Below, piece by piece: positions 1-10,900 of a DNA stretch of 64,000 bases. The DNA lies in contig JALXBF010000179.1 in assembly GCA_026991575.1 (NCBI GenBank), positions 1 through 64,000 of the forward strand, in the 5' to 3' direction. Under the pieces are notes generated by a model. It ran no database searches and was not told the origin of the DNA. It saw only the letters and a program-made list of their open reading frames with translations. A program made the translations under genes and the position numbers. The first letter of the stretch is position 1. Each line of letters starts with the position of its first letter. Origin of the DNA: Planctomycetota bacterium. Its GTDB lineage: Bacteria > Planctomycetota > Planctomycetia > JALXBF01.

Positions 1-261
1 CGGCTAGCCTGGTTCGAACAGCCCATGAACCCGCGTCAGCCCTGGCGACGCCATGACATCAGTCGTCGCCGCCGCGGCATGTTTGACATGTTCATCCCAG
101 CGGATCTCAACGGCGACGGTCTCGTCGACTTTCTCACGACGCGAGGAAACAGTGGCACATATGACGGCGTCATCTGGCTGGAACAACGCCGCAGCCGCAT
201 GCCCGGACCGGCGTTCCTGCGAGCGCGTCCGGTGGACAGCGCCGAGGTGCCCCTGCCCTAG
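1..261 (+). CDS. C-terminal part of an FG-GAP/VCBS-repeat protein (5'-partial)
   Basis: The frame is open from base 1 (RLAWFEQP...). It contains ADLNGDGLVDFL and VIWLEQ, typical of FG-GAP repeats. Confidence 0.7.
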   Translation, partial: RLAWFEQPMNPRQPWRRHDISRRRRGMFDMFIPADLNGDGLVDFLTTRGNSGTYDGVIWLEQRRSRMPGPAFLRARPVDSAEVPLP

Positions 262-333
262 AAGCCAGCGCTGTCAGGCAGCTCCAAGGTAGCGATAGCG
301 ACCTCATCAAGAGAAACGCAGGAGGAATGCCCG

Positions 334-1962
334 GTGGCAAAATTGTTGCGTGGACTGCTCGGCCTGGTCGCCTGCGGTTGGCTGCTGCCCAGCGTTGTCC
401 AGGGCTTCGACCTGGATCAACTCCCACGCATGAAAGAGCGATATCAGTTCTGGCGTCGCGGCCAGTACGCGGTACTGGTAAGCAAGGCGGCATTCGGTAA
501 GGGCGCGGGCACCGTGCCGACTTACGTGCGCGTTTCCATGTACCTGGCCACATCTCGCTCGTACGACCGAGTCTTTTACCTGCACGCGCGCACACCGCTG
601 GAAGTCCAAGACAGCGGCCGCGCCGTGCGGCTCAGCTGGTGCGATTCCCGTACGAACACGCGCGAACGGCTGCGACTAACAGCGGCTGGGGTCACCTACG
701 AGCTAGAACGCCGCTGGCCCGAAGGAGGTTCCGGAACCCTCTGCCAGGTGATGCTCGACCCAATCCGCTTCGACGGCGCAACCGCGTACGAAGTACGTGA
801 TCAGCGGGTCAGACGGTACAGGCTATGGCCGGACCAGGTGGCCCTCCGCCCGGTGACGGTGACTCGTTCCGAGCTATCCGGCATTGTCGGCGGTCCCCCG
901 CGAGGGGGAGCACCAACGCTAGTTGTGACGTCCGAGGATGGGCTCACGGTGATATGGGAAACAGTGCTGCGCCACCAGGGCATTAAGCGGCTGCTCTCGC
1001 CCGCAGTTGCGCTCCTGGGTATCGGGCCCGGCTCGGCAGCCTACCGGCTGTATAACGCGGCACCGGAAGTTGAGCCGGGAGGCTGGGTTGAATTGGCCAT
1101 GCGGATCCGGTTCCGGGTGACCGAGGAGTACCCCCGGCAGCCGGTCCGAGCGACGAAACTTCAGCTCTTTGATTCGCACGTCCACGTCGCCGTTGACACT
1201 GATGTGCGCGATTCGGTGCTCATGGCACGGAAGCACGGGTTCCGCTATGGCCTCTTGGCGATCCTCTTCGATGAGGGGCCGTACCGGCGACGCTTCGAGG
1301 GAAACGATCCGGTGCTCGCCCTGGCGAGGCGCTACCCGGACGTGTTTGTGCCGTTCGGGCTGATCCAGCTGAATGAACACGGCTATCCGGGTTTTCGCCG
1401 TCGTGGACCCGACGGACCGTCTGACATTCGACAATTGTGGCGCGCCGGTTTTCGTGGACTGAAGACGTTGGAGAAGTGGAGTGAGGTGTGCGTCGATTCT
1501 CCTCGCTTTGACGCGCTCTACCGCGAGGCTGAGCGATTGGGTATGCCGATCGTTTTCCACACGAACCCCGAGGGCACCGGATCGAGCTGCACCCGCGTGG
1601 CCAACGTAGCACGCAAGTTTCCTCGGCTTAACGTTATCATGGCGCACCTCCACGACGAGGAGCAGTTTTGGAAGATCGTTCCACAGCTTGAGCTACTGCC
1701 AAACTTGTACATCCAGCACATGCATCTAGATCACTGTCGCCTGGCAACGGGCGAGACGGCTCTTGAGGTGCTGGTCGAAAGGGGATTAGCCAACAAGATT
1801 GTGTTCGGCAGCGACATGCAGGTGGACCATTCGGTGGCGTTGGCCCAGATGTATCAGTTCCGCCGTCGGTTGCGCGAGCTCGGGGTCGATGAACCGACCG
1901 TCCAGAACATCCTATGGCGGACAATGGCCAGGATCGTTCCCGGAAACCCCGCCGGACCGTGA
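334..1962 (+). CDS. Secreted amidohydrolase-family protein (unknown N-terminal domain plus Amidohydro_2-like TIM barrel)
   Basis: Signal-peptide-like N-terminus; motifs FDSHVH, PIVFHT, VIMAHL and IVFGSD. Confidence 0.75.
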   Translation: MAKLLRGLLGLVACGWLLPSVVQGFDLDQLPRMKERYQFWRRGQYAVLVSKAAFGKGAGTVPTYVRVSMYLATSRSYDRVFYLHARTPLEVQDSGRAVRLSWCDSRTNTRERLRLTAAGVTYELERRWPEGGSGTLCQVMLDPIRFDGATAYEVRDQRVRRYRLWPDQVALRPVTVTRSELSGIVGGPPRGGAPTLVVTSEDGLTVIWETVLRHQGIKRLLSPAVALLGIGPGSAAYRLYNAAPEVEPGGWVELAMRIRFRVTEEYPRQPVRATKLQLFDSHVHVAVDTDVRDSVLMARKHGFRYGLLAILFDEGPYRRRFEGNDPVLALARRYPDVFVPFGLIQLNEHGYPGFRRRGPDGPSDIRQLWRAGFRGLKTLEKWSEVCVDSPRFDALYREAERLGMPIVFHTNPEGTGSSCTRVANVARKFPRLNVIMAHLHDEEQFWKIVPQLELLPNLYIQHMHLDHCRLATGETALEVLVERGLANKIVFGSDMQVDHSVALAQMYQFRRRLRELGVDEPTVQNILWRTMARIVPGNPAGP

Positions 1963-2719
1963 GCGCGGTAGTGCGGATGCTGCCGCGCTGCCGAAACTTC
2001 GGCGTAACGGTGCCATGCGGCGCGGCGTACTGTTCCGGCCCCGGCTGACGCGGGGGACACCCTGCGCGACAACTGGCAAGCAGCTTGGTGGAGCTGGGGC
2101 TTTGTCTGACCTGGGCTCCCGGCGGGAGCCACAGACACTTGAGTCCTTGCTGCCAGTGACGCGAGGGCCAGCGCCTATGCGGCCATCGATGGCGAAGTGA
2201 AGACCGGGCAAGAGTCGCTGCTACCCTGCCTTTCCGAGCATACTGGACGGCCCACTCCGCTGCGGCCAACCGGCACTGCGACGGTCGCCGGGCTGCCGGA
2301 AATGCGTGCCCGTCGCCGGAGGGTGTCCGTTCGTAGGCCGGGGGTGGGCCAGTATGCGTCGGGTTGGACTGCAGCGATTGCTGCCGGCCGGGGCCGGGCA
2401 CGGCGCACCACAGACGGCGCTGTCGCCGAAACACGCCCGAATCCCGGTTCGCACCGGCAACAGGACCGTGACAACGACGTGTGTGCAATACATCCACGTC
2501 TGGCGCCTAAGGCGGACCAGAACCCCCGGGTTCAGCGCCGTCCAGAGCAAGAGGGGAACCGTGCACACCAACTGCAAAGACCGTTATGACCCCTCGTCCA
2601 ACGTACCCTGTCCTCGCAAGGCTGACGCACCTGGACCGGGGTACCGAGGCTGTGGTGAGGGGTTCCATTAGGGATGAGGTGATGGCAGACTGTCTGGGAC
2701 TGAGGAGTGCAGGACCGAG

Positions 2720-3190
2720 GACGGCGGAGAAATGCCATGGCCTGGATGGTGAGAATTCACCTGAACGGGTATTTGTCAAGGGCGTCGAACCCACGGCGGC
2801 ACCGGCTCCGGCAGAGATCCGCGTGCGCTACCTGGCTGGCGAAGCACCAGGACGATCGCGATGGTGACAACGGAGACGGTTTACAAGTGGTCCAGGCGGC
2901 GGACAGGGCAGGTACGGTGGTACATATGCAGCGGCAAGCCGGATGCTGAGCTCCATGCGAAAGCGATTCGGAAGCACTGCTCGACGAGAACCAGTTACAC
3001 CTGGATGCTTTGCTTCGGGAGGACCAGGTGCACATTCGGGATCTGGTGTCAGCACAGGACATGGCACTACCAAACGGCCTCACCCTGTCCTTACTCCGAA
3101 GTGCCCTTGGTTTCGAGGAAAGCATTGACTTGATCCGCTTACGACTCTTGTCCGACCGAGCCATCTGCTTGAACTGCTCCGGACGGCCTT
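2720..3190 (+). pseudogene. Degenerate ISAs1-family (H-repeat) transposase C-terminal fragment
   Basis: Across frameshifts it reads TAEKCHG ... RTIAMV ... RWYICS ... AKAIRKHCS/ENQLHLDALLREDQVHIR ... AQDMAL ... TLSLLR. This follows the ISAs1 pattern EKGHGR ... YYISS ... IRxHWxIENxLHWxLDVxFxEDxxRIR. Confidence 0.65.
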
Positions 3191-3285
3191 GATCCCACGA
3201 CTTGGTGTGCGTCAGCTATGGGGCTTCCTGCACGTTCAGAAACGGACTACGGCATTGCCAGTCGTACGAGACGGCAAGTCACAAC

Positions 3286-5250
3286 CTATGGACCTTCCAG
3301 GAGAATGAGCTCTCCGGACGTCAGGCCCACGACGATCAGCTTTCCGTCTGCTGCGATCTGTGCTGCTGTTACGTAGGGCTTGCCCGCGGACCAAAAGGCG
3401 GTTACTGGCCGGTTATCATAGCCGACGGCAAACTCGGTGCCAGCGCCTGCGGCAGCCGCGACGGTACCGTCACGCAGGGTACGCGCAGCAAGCAGCCGAG
3501 CTCGGTACCCCATTGCTATGTCACTGCGATGGAACTGGATCTCGATGTCCGTTGCGTTGTTTCCGTTGTCGTCGTCTGTCAGGCGGCTGCAGAGCAAGGT
3601 GCGAGCATCGTACATTGCTGTGGCGTCGAACGCAGTCAGGTACCAAGGGGGAGCAGCCACCAGATCGCGGCCGCCCTGTTCGGTCCCGTAGCACGTCACA
3701 CGGCCGCTCTTGTAGCGGTACCAGTGGATGCGGCCTCGGGCGTCAAGTGCGGCAAAGCTTTCTGGGCTTGCCGCGGCGAGCTGCACCACAGGAACCGTTC
3801 CCAGCGCGTGGCTAGCGATGCGGCGAAGGACGGGTGATCGGGTCGCATCGTAGTGGAAAAGCCTAACTACCGCTTTCTTCGCATCCTGCTTGTGATATGC
3901 GACTGCAAGCATTGCCGGGCTGCGGCGAAGCCATGCAACCGCCGTGATCTGGGCCCCATGGCAGGGCGGTATGGTGCCAAGCGTGTGAAGGCCGTCCGGC
4001 TGGACGCGCGCGACTTCGATCCCGCAGTCTCCGCGCACATAGGCCACCAGCTCATGTTGGGGATCGTACGACACCAGCGGCAACCGTGGGCAGCGCTCCA
4101 GAAACCGATGGGCCACCACCTTTCCACGCACCCGGTCCCAGACGAGCAACTGGTGCGCGTCGGCGGACAGAATCCGGGAACCGTCCCGCGTCAGCGAAAC
4201 CCAGTGCACGGGCGCACTGTGACCGACCGCTTCCGTTGCAGGTTCGCATGCACGTCGAGCCGTCGCACCCACAGCAAACCAGAGCTCGGCCGGCTGAAGC
4301 GTTGGCACAACATCCACGGTGACCGGACGGATCAGGCAGCGATGCACAACGGGGAGAGCCCTCAGGACCGGAGGGGCGCCCAGCTTCAGGTACGCCAGGC
4401 CATCCCGGCCCGAGCGGCCACGTAGCGCCAGCACGACACCTTCGGCCTTGACGCGCAGCACCCTGGCTGGAGCCGGAAGTGGCGTCCGGTGGACCACCCC
4501 TTCGGCCAGGTCGAGTACGTACGCGTGCGACCCCGCTAGGGACACTGCATGACCGGACAACAGCGCATAGTCGTCGCCGGTTGGCAACTTGTCCACGCGT
4601 ATCCACTGGTCCCCTGTCCACGCCTCGATCTGGCCGCCACTCGTGACGATTGCCGGCTGCCCGCGTACAAAGCCCACCGCTGAGACCGTGTGCGGCGTCC
4701 GTAGCACGCGGGCACCGGCTCTGCCGAGCTCGATTGATAGGAGGATCCCAGCTGGCGTCCACGCAACCACGTGCCGACCGTCCGCCTGGACGTCGCGAAC
4801 CGGCAACGCCGAAAGCTTCTGGGCCTTCCCTTTGTCCAGACGCAACTCCCAAAGTCCCGTGTCGGCTCCCACGATCAGGTGGCACTGGTTGTCGCAGAAT
4901 AAGAAGCTACTCACGTCGCCTGGGCCGATAGTCGCCTGTGTGACCAGTCTTCGACTGGCACGACGCCAGACGAGAACGTGCCCCCCAGTGTCGACGACTG
5001 CCACTAGATCACGCGTGACACAAAGGGCCTGAATGGGTGCGTAACCGCGAAACGCAGAACCTCCCAGCAGGGCGCGCTTCTCCAAGTGCACGGATCGCGG
5101 TGAGGCGGGCTGGTCTGCGTGCGGGGTGAACAAAGCCATCACGAGCAGCACACAACCGGCAAAGCAGCCGGACAGGCCTATCCGTTCCAGACCAGGGCGT
5201 AGAACCTGACGCCGGCACAGAAGTAGCGGACTACCTGTTGTTCGCTTCAT
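3286..5250 (-). CDS. WD40/beta-propeller repeat protein, probably exported; candidate Rhs immunity or accessory protein
   Basis: GHSAPVHWVSLTRDGSRILSADAHQLLVWD and HGAQITAVAWL blades; hydrophobic N-terminal segment; overlaps the upstream gene by 20 bp. Confidence 0.65.
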   Translation of the reverse strand: MKRTTGSPLLLCRRQVLRPGLERIGLSGCFAGCVLLVMALFTPHADQPASPRSVHLEKRALLGGSAFRGYAPIQALCVTRDLVAVVDTGGHVLVWRRASRRLVTQATIGPGDVSSFLFCDNQCHLIVGADTGLWELRLDKGKAQKLSALPVRDVQADGRHVVAWTPAGILLSIELGRAGARVLRTPHTVSAVGFVRGQPAIVTSGGQIEAWTGDQWIRVDKLPTGDDYALLSGHAVSLAGSHAYVLDLAEGVVHRTPLPAPARVLRVKAEGVVLALRGRSGRDGLAYLKLGAPPVLRALPVVHRCLIRPVTVDVVPTLQPAELWFAVGATARRACEPATEAVGHSAPVHWVSLTRDGSRILSADAHQLLVWDRVRGKVVAHRFLERCPRLPLVSYDPQHELVAYVRGDCGIEVARVQPDGLHTLGTIPPCHGAQITAVAWLRRSPAMLAVAYHKQDAKKAVVRLFHYDATRSPVLRRIASHALGTVPVVQLAAASPESFAALDARGRIHWYRYKSGRVTCYGTEQGGRDLVAAPPWYLTAFDATAMYDARTLLCSRLTDDDNGNNATDIEIQFHRSDIAMGYRARLLAARTLRDGTVAAAAGAGTEFAVGYDNRPVTAFWSAGKPYVTAAQIAADGKLIVVGLTSGELILLEGP

Positions 5251-7939
5251 AAGGTTTCACCGCCACCCATTTCGGCTCGTAGGTGTCCGGTCGCACCGGC
5301 AGGTCGCCTTCCAGTGCATAAACTGACCAGTTCACGGCGTCCGCTAGCCCGCGGTAATACGCGCCCTTTCGGGGGTCGATGCGCTCTGCGGCCCAGGGAG
5401 ACCACAGAAACACAGTGCCCTCATGCGCACCAAACGCAGCCACCAGCCTACCGAGCATTCCCGCGCCGCAGTCCGGAAGGGCCGCGCGGCTGAGTACGAC
5501 CTTGGGGTCTTCATCGGGATCACTCTGCAACATAGGGCCTACGATGTGAATCTCAACCGGCCGTCCGAACCGCCTCATGGCGTTGGCCATTGCCTGGAGC
5601 GGCAGGATCGTGTCAACCGGGAAGGTCAGTGTCGTATGAGCGGTCGAACTTCGTAAGTAGTTCAAAGTATTTCTTACCGCTACAGGTAGCGATACTGACG
5701 AGGCAAGACGGTCATAGCTCGACGCTGCGTACAGTACCCAGCGAACCTTGCGCTTCGGCTCTACCGGAGGGCGACGTGGCCTATCAACCGGGCCGTGCCG
5801 ATCGCAATTGAATGTTCGCGTCTCAATCGTCCCGTCTGCCAACCCCCTGGCAATGCAGCGGTTTGACACGAACTGGGCCGGGCCGGCTTGAGAATTGCGA
5901 TCTGCCCACGCGTGGCAGCGTTCCGCGTCAGCAATTCCATATACATCGTATACCCAACCGCCTCGTTCCATGCGGGTCGACCAGACCAAGTGGCGACGGT
6001 CAGGAGAGATGTCAACTGCGGAGAGCGAAACGGGGCTCGTCCGGAAGCCGCCGTAAGCGATGGGCATGCGGCTCGCAGTGTCCCACACCTCGAAGTGAGC
6101 CGAATCCATAGCCAGCCCCGATCCCTTGGTACCGAGTGCCACCATCTTGCCGCACGCGTCCAGCCAAGTAGCCCATCCCATCGAAGGGATCTCCCAGATG
6201 GGGCTGTCCTTCCCGATGCGGGCAACGCTGACAACGGCGTCGTCGATGTGACCACCCAAGAACGCTACCGTATCCTTGTCGACCAGAGCGGTCATGTACA
6301 AGGCAAGGATTTGGTGCTCGCGGAAACCTGTCACTGAGAACGTCCCACGGGTTGGCCCTGCTTGTGGGTCGAGAGGCTTCCAAGTGCCCCATAGGCGGAA
6401 GCGCGACCCAGGATCACGCTGGAAAACCAGGGCCTGCCTATCGTGAACCGGGACCTCACGGTACAGGCGGTCCTGTAAACCTTGCGCCGTAGCCGGCCGC
6501 TGAGTCACCTGCCCTGTACGCAGGTCTATCCGGTATAGGACACGGCGAGTTCCACACCAGACCGCACCAGCGGGATGGTCGACGCCCCACCAACGTACGC
6601 CAAGGAGGCTCCGGATCAGACACCCGTCCGATCGACTCCAAACGCGGACGAGGCCTCGCTCTGCTGTTACCAGGCATGCCTGCGAGGCTGCCACGGCCAG
6701 GGGAATGCCAAAGTGTGCGCTGGGTCCGACCAATTCTCCCGTGCGCGGGGACAACAGCGCAACCCCTCGCTCGGTCCGGGCGACCACGCAGTCAGGCCCA
6801 ACCCCTACTAACCCATCAACCTCAGGCACATCGACTTGCCACAGCATGGCGCCCGAATCCCGATCGATTGCGGCGACGGTGCTCAAGTCGCGCACCTCGT
6901 ACAACAACAGAGGACTAGTGGTGACGCGGTCCAGCCACACAGCAAGCCTTCCGCCTAGACGGAGTTCCGACTCGCGGGATTCCGGTCCAGGAAGCGTTCT
7001 AGCCCAGTCGAGGTGCCAGTTGCCGGCATGAACGCTCCACTGTTGCCAGCTCTGGCCATCGTAGAAGACGAGACTCGTCCCTTCGGCTTCGATCGCCCCG
7101 CATAGAGCCTCGGTCGGGTATTCCCAAACGGTTTCCCGTTTTCCCGTGTCTAGGTTGCACGACAGTAGCTGCGTCCGGCGACCGGCTACAAGCACGATAG
7201 CCGTAGCTGGGCCGCGCCAGCGTGCATCCAGCACGCGGCCGCGCACCTGGAACGCGCGCAAGTCGATCTGACCAGAGGGGGCAACGGTGACGTGAACCAC
7301 TGAATGGGAGGCTTCTTTCGCACCCGGTTGCGCGCACCAGTAAAACAGCACCGCCCCATCCCGTGCCGGCCGCGTCTCCAGCCGGTGCCGCAGGTCACCG
7401 ACACATCTGGGCTGAGGAATAGAAGCGAGTGCCCGTACCGGCACCTGGCGCTCGGCACCGGTGCCGAGTTCAACGCTGACGACCCTGGCAGTCGGTGCTC
7501 CTCGGCGGCGCAACAGCAGCCACAGGCGGCCCGCCCCCGTGATCGATCGGCATAAGGCAACGTCGATGTCATCAGCACTCCACTCTTGTTCCTCTTCGGT
7601 AAGCTGAAGCGATACCGAGAAAGCGGATCTGGCGCCCCTGCGCGGGTGCAGCAAGCTTGCCACCCGCTGTGCCCGCACGACCACTCGGTCCGTTGCTTCA
7701 GGGAGCGCTTGCACAAGCACCAGGCGGTCACCTTCCAGCCACGCACCCAAGACGTGGCCAGCGGGCGTTGCCGCTTCGCCGTAGCGCCGAACAGACGGCA
7801 ACTCGTCTGCCCCGAGGGCGGAAAACGGCCCGCTGAGCAGCAAGGCTCCGGTCAGGGACACCAGTGCCCAGCAGACAAGCGCCAAGCCTGCGCTTGGCCT
7901 ACCGCTTGTGCTCTGATTTCTTGGGCGACTCCGGCACAT
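5231..7939 (-). CDS. Exported PQQ-like/WD40 beta-propeller protein with a C-terminal degenerate DUF4347-like domain
   Basis: ATG 7939 precedes a signal peptide (LALVCWALVSLTGALLL...ALGA-D). AIDRDSGAMLWQV is a PQQ-like blade. The last ~170 aa resemble the Rhs C-terminal domain. The ORF is open up to 8089. Confidence 0.65.
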   Translation of the reverse strand: MCRSRPRNQSTSGRPSAGLALVCWALVSLTGALLLSGPFSALGADELPSVRRYGEAATPAGHVLGAWLEGDRLVLVQALPEATDRVVVRAQRVASLLHPRRGARSAFSVSLQLTEEEQEWSADDIDVALCRSITGAGRLWLLLRRRGAPTARVVSVELGTGAERQVPVRALASIPQPRCVGDLRHRLETRPARDGAVLFYWCAQPGAKEASHSVVHVTVAPSGQIDLRAFQVRGRVLDARWRGPATAIVLVAGRRTQLLSCNLDTGKRETVWEYPTEALCGAIEAEGTSLVFYDGQSWQQWSVHAGNWHLDWARTLPGPESRESELRLGGRLAVWLDRVTTSPLLLYEVRDLSTVAAIDRDSGAMLWQVDVPEVDGLVGVGPDCVVARTERGVALLSPRTGELVGPSAHFGIPLAVAASQACLVTAERGLVRVWSRSDGCLIRSLLGVRWWGVDHPAGAVWCGTRRVLYRIDLRTGQVTQRPATAQGLQDRLYREVPVHDRQALVFQRDPGSRFRLWGTWKPLDPQAGPTRGTFSVTGFREHQILALYMTALVDKDTVAFLGGHIDDAVVSVARIGKDSPIWEIPSMGWATWLDACGKMVALGTKGSGLAMDSAHFEVWDTASRMPIAYGGFRTSPVSLSAVDISPDRRHLVWSTRMERGGWVYDVYGIADAERCHAWADRNSQAGPAQFVSNRCIARGLADGTIETRTFNCDRHGPVDRPRRPPVEPKRKVRWVLYAASSYDRLASSVSLPVAVRNTLNYLRSSTAHTTLTFPVDTILPLQAMANAMRRFGRPVEIHIVGPMLQSDPDEDPKVVLSRAALPDCGAGMLGRLVAAFGAHEGTVFLWSPWAAERIDPRKGAYYRGLADAVNWSVYALEGDLPVRPDTYEPKWVAVKPYEANNR

Positions 7940-10900
7940 AGATGACCCATGACGACGGAGGTGGTGTAACGTTGCCATTGGTATCGTAACGGATGGGAAC
8001 TGGGGGGAGCATAAACAACCCATCCGGTACGGTTGGCGATTCCTTGACAATAGTCGTCGTTTCTTCCGACAGCGCAACCGTGCAGACACAGTCTGCCCTC
8101 CTTCTTGCCATGGCGATCAATAAGCTTTTCGAAGGCTAGCGGACTAGCCCTTCTGCGTCCAACCTCTTGCTTGGGTGGCGGGTTTGATGCTCGCGTCCGG
8201 TCACTGTGAGCGATAACGTGAGTCTCGTCAGCTTTGCCACCGAGTGTGTCCAGTTGACCCTGCAGTTTCGGGCTGGGCGCGTGTGTGCCGGTCAACTTGC
8301 CGATGTGTGTCACTCTTACCTTCACGATCTTCGATGGCGGATCGTCCTCTTTCTTGGCATTTTCCGCGATTTCTGCGGCCAGTCGTTCGGCCGCGGCTGA
8401 AAACTCCACGCCCGTTGCCAGGCCCGGGCCACCCCGACCAGAGGGGTCGTAGACAATCAGCACACGGCGCAGCTCGTTCTCGCCTTCTGGTGCCCCAGCA
8501 GACAGGCCCAACCGGTCGACGAGCGTAACAGGGCGGTGGCCCGCATAACGGTACGAGCTGCTGTCGGTCGCTAGGCCGATGGGATCGGCACTGGCGAAAC
8601 TTCCTGTCGCTGGGGCCTGGTACCGAGCGACCATCGCCCACAGTTTGCCTGAACCGCTTCTGTCTCTGCCAGTGAATCCGAACCGCCAGGCGCTGCTCCA
8701 CCCGCCGACCGGTAGGCCGAAGCTTTCGTAGGCGACGCTGGCGAGGATGGTCCCCGACGAATCCACCCAACCCCGGATGCTGCCGACGTAGTCGGTGAGG
8801 TCGAAGGTGATTTCGCCGAGGGCGTCTTCTCGGGCAAGGAGGGAGTCAACGGCGGCGGCGTAGAGGCGGCGCTCGGTGAGCTGCGCGGTGATGCCGTCCG
8901 AAGTGTCCGGGTCCGTGAAGTCGGCAATCGGGTTGGCCGCGAAGATCGCGCTTGAGTAGATGCCATCCACATACGGGGCTAGGCCGCCCTGGGCGATCTG
9001 CTCGGCCGTCGGCGGCTGGGCCAGGTCATGCAGCACAAACGTGAACCGCTCCGGCTCAGGGCCGGTCGGGCCGTCCGGGTCCTCGTAGAACGCGATCCGG
9101 CGGTTGAACGCGTCGTAGACGTACGTCTCACTCCACAGCACATTCCCCTGGCCGTCCTTGTGCACCACGGCCGTCAGCCGGTTGCGGTAGTCCCACGTGT
9201 ACTCCGTCACCTCGCCGGTCAGCGTGTTCGTCTTGCGAATCAGGTTGCCTTCGTTGTCGTACTCGTAGTCGTTGGTTCCATCCGACAGCAGCCGATTGTC
9301 CGCACCGGTCACATAGCCGGTGCCGTGCAGGTGAGACTCCGTTCGATTGCCATTGGGCGTGTAGCGGTAGTACTCGACCAGGTTCCCCTGGCCATCCCAC
9401 ACGTCCGTCAACTGACCCTGCGGGTCGTACGCATACGTGCGCGTCCCTTCCGGACCGCTGTACGCCACGATCTGACCGGCCGCATCCCAGGTGTACGCGA
9501 AGTCCGCCAGCGGCGTCGCATTGCCCTGCGAATCCACGTAGTCATGGTCAATCAGCGTCACCCGCGAGGCGGCGTCATAGCTGTAGTTGGTGACGATCTG
9601 GGGATCCTGACCCCACCCACCACCGGAGCCGGGCTCAAAGCGGATCATCCGCACCAGCCGGCTGGCCGCATCGTAGGCGAACTGCACGGTTGCCTTCGGC
9701 GTGCCGCTGACGACCAACTCCGCCTGCGTCATCCGCGACAGCTTGTCATACTGGTACCGCCACTCGGTGCCGTAGTTGTCGGTGAGGCGGATGCGGTTGC
9801 CCGCATCGTCGTAGGTGTTGGCAAGCTGGATGACCGGGTAGGTCGAGGGGCTACCGGTGTTGTCCAGACTGATGATGCGGCCCGCGTCGCCGTAGGCAAG
9901 CGTGTAGGTCTGGTTCGGGTCGGAGACGCCAATCAACTGGTTGGCGGCATCCCAGGTGTAGCTGATCTGAAAGATGATCTGGCCCTGGCCGTCGAGCCAC
10001 TTCTCTGCGGTGCGGCGGCCGTCGAGGTCGTAGTCGAACTCACGCCGCCGTCCGTTGCGGTCGACGACGGCCGTCAGTTGACCAGCGGCATCGTGCTCGA
10101 GGAAGCGGCTCAGCCCCAGCGCGTTGATCTCTTCGATGACCCGATCCACGGCATCCAACCGCCACTGGGTCGTGTTCCCATCGGCATCGGTCAGCGAGAT
10201 GAGATTGCCTTCCTCATCATAGCCGAAAGTGATCTCCGGGTTGTTGCTCGGGTCACTGTCGCCATCGGGCAGGATTATGGCCGTCCGCCAGTCGCGGGCG
10301 TTGTAGCGGTACCGCGTCGTGCGGCCCAAGGGATCAGTGACCGCGGCGACCATGCCGGTGAGGGTGTAGCTGATGGTGGTCTGATTGCCGAGCGGATCTC
10401 GGGTGGCGATCACTCGGTTGCGTGCATCGTAGTCCCATTCGGAGCGGTTCCCCAGCGGATCGATCGCCGCGATCCGGTTGCCCACCAAGTCATACTCCCA
10501 CTTCCAGCGATTGCCTTCTGCGTCGACCAGCTCGATGAGCCGATCGAGGTTGTCGTACTGATAGTCGGTCTGGCTGGTTTCCAGGCCTGCCAGGGGGTCG
10601 GTGCGCCGGACGAGCCGATCGACGGCATCCCAGCTGAAGGTGGTCTTGGCGCCGGTTGGATCGGTGATGGCGATGACCCGGCCGCGAGCGTCGCGTTCGT
10701 AGCTGGTGGTGCGGCCCAGCGGGTCGGTGACCGACAGGAGCCGCTGCTCGGCGTCGTAGGCGTAGCTGGTGACAAAGCCCATTGGGGTGGTGACGGTGAC
10801 CAGCGTTCCGAGGGCATCGTAGCCGTAGCTGGTCTGGCGGCCCAGCGGATTGATGCTTGCGATGACTTCGTCGGCTGCGTTGTAGAGCGTCTGCCAGATG

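Noticed and set aside
1963..2720. Short ORFs upstream of the ISAs1 relic
   Set aside because: No motifs or RBS support; probably decayed sequence.
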